Below, piece by piece: positions 6,569 through 11,329 of a stretch of 11,329 bases of DNA. A model generated the notes under the pieces. The model saw only the letters and a list, made by a program, of their open reading frames with translations. It did not search any database and was not told the DNA's origin. Each line of letters opens with the position of its first letter. The first letter of the stretch is position 1. Source of the stretch: Methanobacteriaceae archaeon (GTDB taxonomy: Archaea; Methanobacteriota; Methanobacteria; Methanobacteriales; Methanobacteriaceae). Where the stretch lies: assembly GCA_003558085.1 (NCBI GenBank), contig PWMT01000063.1:1-11329 (forward strand), read 5' to 3'. Both the position numbers and the translations under genes were made by a program.

Positions 6569-7324
6569 ATGTCCTTCCTTTATGAGAGAGTAGCCGCTAT
6601 TAACGTGGATAAAGATTCTAAAAGCGTAATGGAAAAAATTGTTAAAGATGCAGAAGTAGAATTAATTGTTAATGAAACCCTGAAAAGAAGATTTTCAATA
6701 AGCCCCCATTCCTTAAAAGAATTTGCAATTGGTTACCTATTAGGAGAAGGCCTCATACGTTCTTTGGAAAATGTTAAAGAAATATTAATTGAAGATAATA
6801 TTATCCACGTTAAAGTGGATATGGAAGACTTCGATATAGTTCAAGAATTGGTAGTAGGTTCTGACTGTTTTGGAGGATGGAGACAAAAAATTGAATTTAT
6901 AAATAAAGTTGAATCCGATTTCACCTTAGATAAAGAAAAGTTACTTAAAGCCTTTGTTCGTTTAAAAGAAAGTGCCCATACCTGGCAAAAAACTGGGGGG
7001 ACACATGTAGCTGCACTAATTTATAAAAACAAATTTTTATCCAGAGAAGACGTGAGCAGACATGTGGCTATAGATAAGGTTATTGGTGCAGCTCTCTTAG
7101 AGCAAGTAGATTTTAAAAATTCCTATATCGCCTATAGTGGTCGAATGCCAGCAGACATGCTTATAAAAATAGCAAGAGTAGGTATACCTATCATATCTTC
7201 CAATGCTGCCCCTACCACTTCTGGATATTCCGTTGCTAGTGAAGCAGGAATTACCATGGTTGGTTTTGTTAGAGGAGAAAGATTTAATATTTATACTTGT
7301 CCCGAGCGTATAAGGTTAGATTGA
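6569..7324 (+). CDS. fdhD: Formate dehydrogenase accessory sulfurtransferase FdhD
   Basis: SPHSLKEFAIGYLLGEG, TGGTHVAA, EDVSRHVAIDKVIG, SGRM, APT, TMVGFVRG...FNIYTCPERI. Confidence 0.95.
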   Translation: MSFLYERVAAINVDKDSKSVMEKIVKDAEVELIVNETLKRRFSISPHSLKEFAIGYLLGEGLIRSLENVKEILIEDNIIHVKVDMEDFDIVQELVVGSDCFGGWRQKIEFINKVESDFTLDKEKLLKAFVRLKESAHTWQKTGGTHVAALIYKNKFLSREDVSRHVAIDKVIGAALLEQVDFKNSYIAYSGRMPADMLIKIARVGIPIISSNAAPTTSGYSVASEAGITMVGFVRGERFNIYTCPERIRLD

Positions 7325-7345
7325 TTCAAAACATGACCCCTAAAA

Positions 7346-7930
7346 TTATTCTAACACGTTATGTTTTTCTTTCAAATCATCTTCAGTTTTTTGCATTTTA
7401 TGCATCAGTTCTGCTATTAATCCATCTAAAAAAATGAGGGAAGTAACTTCAAAAAGAGTTCCCATGGGAGCTAGAGATTGATGGCGACCATTAATTTGTC
7501 TTTTAATATAATTTTGCTCTGAATCTATCTTGGTTCTGCCCTTAATGTAGATAATATGATCTGATAATTTTCCTACAGTAGAATTAGGATATGAGGTGAT
7601 TGTTATTAATTTAGCATTTCTTTTTTTGACAATTTTAGCCGTGCTTACAATAGTACTGGTTTCTCCAGAACCACTGATGGCTAAAAGAGAATCATTTTTA
7701 GTTATAGCGGGAGTTATGGTTTCACCCACTACAAAAACACTAATCCCCAGATGCATTAAACGCATGGCAAATGCTTTGGCCACCAGACCAGACCTACCCA
7801 TACCCATGACAAATACATTATCAGAAGAGGTTAGAACATCTATTGCTTTTTTTATATTATCTTTTTCCAATAATTGAGAAGCATCTATTACATTATCGGT
7901 AATCTCTTTAATAGCAGCCTTTATTATCAT
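7346..7930 (-). CDS. hxlB: 6-phospho-3-hexuloisomerase (SIS domain; ribulose monophosphate pathway)
   Basis: [43 protein letters not shown], terminal HNVLE, and AAGGTG RBS. Confidence 0.95.
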   Translation of the reverse strand: MIIKAAIKEITDNVIDASQLLEKDNIKKAIDVLTSSDNVFVMGMGRSGLVAKAFAMRLMHLGISVFVVGETITPAITKNDSLLAISGSGETSTIVSTAKIVKKRNAKLITITSYPNSTVGKLSDHIIYIKGRTKIDSEQNYIKRQINGRHQSLAPMGTLFEVTSLIFLDGLIAELMHKMQKTEDDLKEKHNVLE

Positions 7931-8177
7931 CTGTACACCTTATTTAAACTATAAATCAATTAAAAGAAAGTAAATTTTAAGAATATGTTAAATTTTTCAT
8001 CAGTAATTTTTACAAAGAAATATTTATTTAAACTTTATATAATTTTTTATGAGTTAATAGTTAATCAATGACAAATTCTTATAAATATATCTACCTATAC
8101 CAATTTTCACTTAAATAAAACCTACGATATAAATTACTTCATTCATTTTTTTAAACATAAAAAATAATGGGTGCTTT

Positions 8178-9041
8178 ATGAGATTTTCTCCTCAGTTAGG
8201 AATGAATATAAATGGATATGAATTCAATTATAAATTTTTTCAAACCTTAAAATGTGTGGCTAAAACTTGGTCTCAACGAAAAGCAGCCCATAAATTAGGT
8301 GTCTCCCCAGCAGTTTTAAATCGCCGTATACTTGATGCTGAAAATAAATTAGGTTTCAAGTTATTGAGAAGCAGTGGTGCAGGATCAGAATTAACTGAAC
8401 CAGCAAACAAGATTTTAAAGAAATATCAAAGATATTTAAATAGAGTAAAGGAAAGAGAATATGCCATAATAAGTGGCGGACATATATCTTCCGGTCTTTT
8501 AGAAGCTTTAGCATTAGCTAATGAATTTAAGGCAATTACTTTTAGCAGTCATGATAAAAATTCCTTTTATCTGGCAGAGAAAAATTATGCCGATATTTTA
8601 ACATTGGATGATCCTCTACTTGCATTTCAAAATGATTTAGATTTTACTCCCATAGCTTATGATCATTTAGTACTGGTATCAAGTCCAGAGCTACAAATTA
8701 ATGATATTAAAGAACTAGAGGGGGAAAAATTTGTTGCCGTTTATAATTCATCGCAACGATTAGCCTGGAAAACACTTGAAAATAGTAAAATAGCTTTTAA
8801 AATCTATAATACAGTGAATTCTCCCTTTGAAGCCTTTAAAATTGTAAGTAATTCCAAAAATTTACACACCTTTCTTAACGCCAGTTTTTTCAAAGGAAAA
8901 GGATTTCTTAAAGAGGAAACAAAACATGTTATAAGTATAATAAATTATGCAGAATCTGATTATCAGTTAAAAAACTTTTTAGAGTATATATTAGGTCCTG
9001 GGCAAAAAATTGTGAAAGATCAGGGATTTGAACCCCTTTAA
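8178..9041 (+). CDS. ModE/LysR-type transcriptional regulator (N-terminal wHTH plus periplasmic-binding-protein-like domain)
   Basis: SQRKAAHKLGVSPAVLNRRILDAENKLGFKLLRSSGAGSELT helix-turn-helix, and C-terminal FLEYILGPGQKIVKDQGF resembling the end of ModA-like folds. Confidence 0.85.
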   Translation: MRFSPQLGMNINGYEFNYKFFQTLKCVAKTWSQRKAAHKLGVSPAVLNRRILDAENKLGFKLLRSSGAGSELTEPANKILKKYQRYLNRVKEREYAIISGGHISSGLLEALALANEFKAITFSSHDKNSFYLAEKNYADILTLDDPLLAFQNDLDFTPIAYDHLVLVSSPELQINDIKELEGEKFVAVYNSSQRLAWKTLENSKIAFKIYNTVNSPFEAFKIVSNSKNLHTFLNASFFKGKGFLKEETKHVISIINYAESDYQLKNFLEYILGPGQKIVKDQGFEPL

Positions 9042-9220
9042 AATTATGTTAGCTTATTTACTCAAATGGAAAATTTAAAAATATATTAATAAAATTGAGT
9101 TGTATAAAACGTGAACCTAATTTTTTTTGCTAAATTAATTTAATATTAAAAGCCTGATCAACTTAAGGAATCTTGGAAAATTTTAAGTAGTGTTAAAAAC
9201 AACATAGGCTCGGTGATTTA

Positions 9221-10135
9221 TTGAGTGAAAAAAGGGATTTACTGGCGATTGGTCACACTGCTTTCGATTATATAATTCATGTGGGAAATTTTCCAGCTCT
9301 TAACTCCTCTACTGCAATAACAAAAATGAAAAATCTTCCTGGTGGTGCTGCTGCCAATGTAGCTGTAGTTGGATCAAAATTAGGACTTAATACTTCTTTA
9401 GTATCGGCTGTAGGTGGTGATTTTACCAGATCAGAGTATCGTAGAACTTTGAACAACCTTGGAATAATCACCGAGGAAATGATAATAGTAGAAGAAGATA
9501 TGACTCCTACTGCCTTTGTTTTGACTGATTCTAATAACGATCAAATCAGTTATTTTTATTGGGGGGCTGCCAAAAATTTTAAAATTTCAAAATTACCCGT
9601 TAAATCTATTAAAAATGTTAAAGCAGTTCATTTAGCAACAGGAGATCCGCACTATAATCAAAGGTGTGGTGAAGAGGCTAGAAAACAGGAAAAACTAATA
9701 ACATTTGATCCCGGTCAAGACTTACATATGTATTCTCCTCAGGAACTAAAAGAAGTAGTGGGACTGTGTGATATACTATTTGGAAATCATTTTGAAATTG
9801 AAAGGATTAAAAAAACACTAGGTATGAGTCTTAAAGAGTTAATAGATATTGGACCAGAAATTGTAATTATAACCCATGGAAAAAAAGGCAGTACCATATA
9901 TGCTCCTCATAAAATCAATATAAATGCTCTAACTAGAGAGGTGCAAGACCCGACTGGTGCTGGTGATTCCTATCGTGCTGGTTTTATTAAAGCATATTTA
10001 GATGGAAATGATCTGGAATATTGTGGAAAATTTGCTTCTACAGTTGCTTCATTCATTATTGAATTTGAAGGTTGTCAGAGCAATGTTCCTGATTTTGAGA
10101 TGGTTAAAGCGCGTATGGAAGATTATAATAAATAA
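9221..10135 (+). CDS. PfkB/ribokinase-family kinase, probable archaeal nucleoside kinase
   Basis: [24 protein letters not shown], and the PfkB signature [15 protein letters not shown] start after a GGTGAT RBS. Confidence 0.93.
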   Translation: MSEKRDLLAIGHTAFDYIIHVGNFPALNSSTAITKMKNLPGGAAANVAVVGSKLGLNTSLVSAVGGDFTRSEYRRTLNNLGIITEEMIIVEEDMTPTAFVLTDSNNDQISYFYWGAAKNFKISKLPVKSIKNVKAVHLATGDPHYNQRCGEEARKQEKLITFDPGQDLHMYSPQELKEVVGLCDILFGNHFEIERIKKTLGMSLKELIDIGPEIVIITHGKKGSTIYAPHKININALTREVQDPTGAGDSYRAGFIKAYLDGNDLEYCGKFASTVASFIIEFEGCQSNVPDFEMVKARMEDYNK

Positions 10136-10417
10136 TTTATTGAGATATTCAAGTGGTATTTATTAAAATATTAATTAAAAATAATATGCTTGGTAAATGA
10201 ATAATAGTTAAATTTAGAAGCAGTTAAAACCATTAATTTATATGTTAAGGGCAATTATAAGATTATATCTTTATTTAGTGATGTAGATTTTGAAAGGTTT
10301 AAGATAATAAAATATATGAAATCCTGGATTAATTTGATTAAGTTTTTATGATCTTAAATTAGACTAATTGATTTATTAAATGATTAAATATAAATATTGA
10401 AAATATATGGTGATTCT

Positions 10418-11329
10418 ATGACTCAAATGGATGAAGCAAAGAACGGCATTATTACAGAGGAAATGAAAGCAGTAGCAGAGAACGAAAATGTTTCTGCAGA
10501 ATTCATCAGAAAATCTGTTGCTAAGGGAACCATAGCCATCCCCAGTAATTTAAATCGAAAAGAAGTAAAAGCAGTAGGTATTGGAAAAGGGCTTAGAACC
10601 AAAGTAAATGCTACTATTGGAACTTCCACTGATATTTGTGATTTTGAATTGGAAGAAAAAAAAGCCAAGATAGCAATGGATCATCATGCTGATACTTTAA
10701 TGGAACTTTCAGTTGGTGGAGATCTTAATGAAATAAGAAAAAGGATTTTAAATTTATCTGATATTCCTGTGGGAAGTGTTCCAGTTTATCAGGCTGCCAT
10801 AGAAACTATCCGCGAACAAGGTTCAGCTATTTATATGGATGAAGATTCAATGTTCAAGGCTATTGAAAAACAAGCCCAAGATGGTATAGATTTCATGGCC
10901 ATTCACTGTAGTGTGAACCAGGAAACATTAAAAAGATTAAAAAGACAGGGCCGTAAAGGAGGACTTGTAAGTCGAGGAGGGGCTTTTGTATCCGCCTGGA
11001 TGGTTGAAAATGAACAAGAAAACCCTTTATACAAAAATTATGATTATATATTGGAAATTGCAAAAGAACATGATTTTGTAATGTCTATGGCCAACGCTAT
11101 GCGCGCTGGGGCCATTGCTGATTCTACTGACCGTGCTGGGGTCCAAGAATTAATAATTCTGGGAGAATTAGTGGACAGGGCACGAGAAGCAGGAGTGCAA
11201 ACTATCGTGGAAGGTCCGGGACACATCCCTTTAAATGAAATTCCAACTAATGTTACGCTTCAGAAAAAACTTTGTAGAGAAGCACCTTTTTATATGCTAG
11301 GCCCTATTGTGACCGATATTGGCGCCGGT
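10418..11329 (+). CDS. ThiC-family radical SAM enzyme (5' partial, 304 codons visible), probably 5-hydroxybenzimidazole synthase (BzaF/BzaB-type) rather than true ThiC
   Basis: Absent from the ORF track because there is no stop in the window. ATG 10418 follows GGTGAT. It reads [16 protein letters not shown]...KVNATIGTS...[10 protein letters not shown]...GSVPVYQA...DFMAIH...VSRGG...ENPLY...SMANAMRAG...VEGPGH...[16 protein letters not shown]. Confidence 0.95.
   Translation, partial: MTQMDEAKNGIITEEMKAVAENENVSAEFIRKSVAKGTIAIPSNLNRKEVKAVGIGKGLRTKVNATIGTSTDICDFELEEKKAKIAMDHHADTLMELSVGGDLNEIRKRILNLSDIPVGSVPVYQAAIETIREQGSAIYMDEDSMFKAIEKQAQDGIDFMAIHCSVNQETLKRLKRQGRKGGLVSRGGAFVSAWMVENEQENPLYKNYDYILEIAKEHDFVMSMANAMRAGAIADSTDRAGVQELIILGELVDRAREAGVQTIVEGPGHIPLNEIPTNVTLQKKLCREAPFYMLGPIVTDIGAG

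Noticed and set aside
10136..10417. Possible TPP or cobalamin riboswitch, or repeated TGATTAA boxes, upstream of the ThiC-family gene
   Set aside because: The region is extremely AT-rich with no riboswitch core motifs. The GATTA repeats are irregularly spaced and expected by chance.
1..11329. CRISPR array, tRNA/rRNA, transposase, selenocysteine or pyrrolysine read-through
   Set aside because: No regularly spaced repeats, cloverleafs or transposase motifs were seen. All recognised genes are intact with no in-frame TGA or TAG needing recoding.

Overview
AT-rich archaeal DNA with GGTGA/GGAGG ribosome-binding sites. Gene content and order point to a methanogen of the Methanobacteriaceae (inference). 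Left to right: 3' end of mobB, moaA, a ~2.4 kb accessory block, a minus-strand nuoE/nuoF-like (HydC/HydB-type) flavin/Fe-S module with no catalytic subunit in its operon, a divergent Cys-less CMD-family gene plus fdhD, hxlB/phi, a ModE/LysR-type regulator, a PfkB nucleoside kinase, and a ThiC-family gene running off the right edge that the ORF track missed. The accessory block holds an unexplained ~570 bp relatively GC-rich non-coding stretch and two divergent membrane-protein genes. Three points stand out. (1) The NuoF-like protein carries electron-bifurcation-type motifs and sits among Mo/W-bisPGD maturation genes, suggesting a split, bifurcating formate-dehydrogenase-like complex. (2) The 'thiC' has BzaB/BzaF-type substitutions, so it probably makes 5-hydroxybenzimidazole rather than the thiamine pyrimidine. 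(3) The 1141-1708 block has gene-like composition, no long ORF and several hairpins. No rRNA, tRNA, CRISPR array or transposase was recognised.
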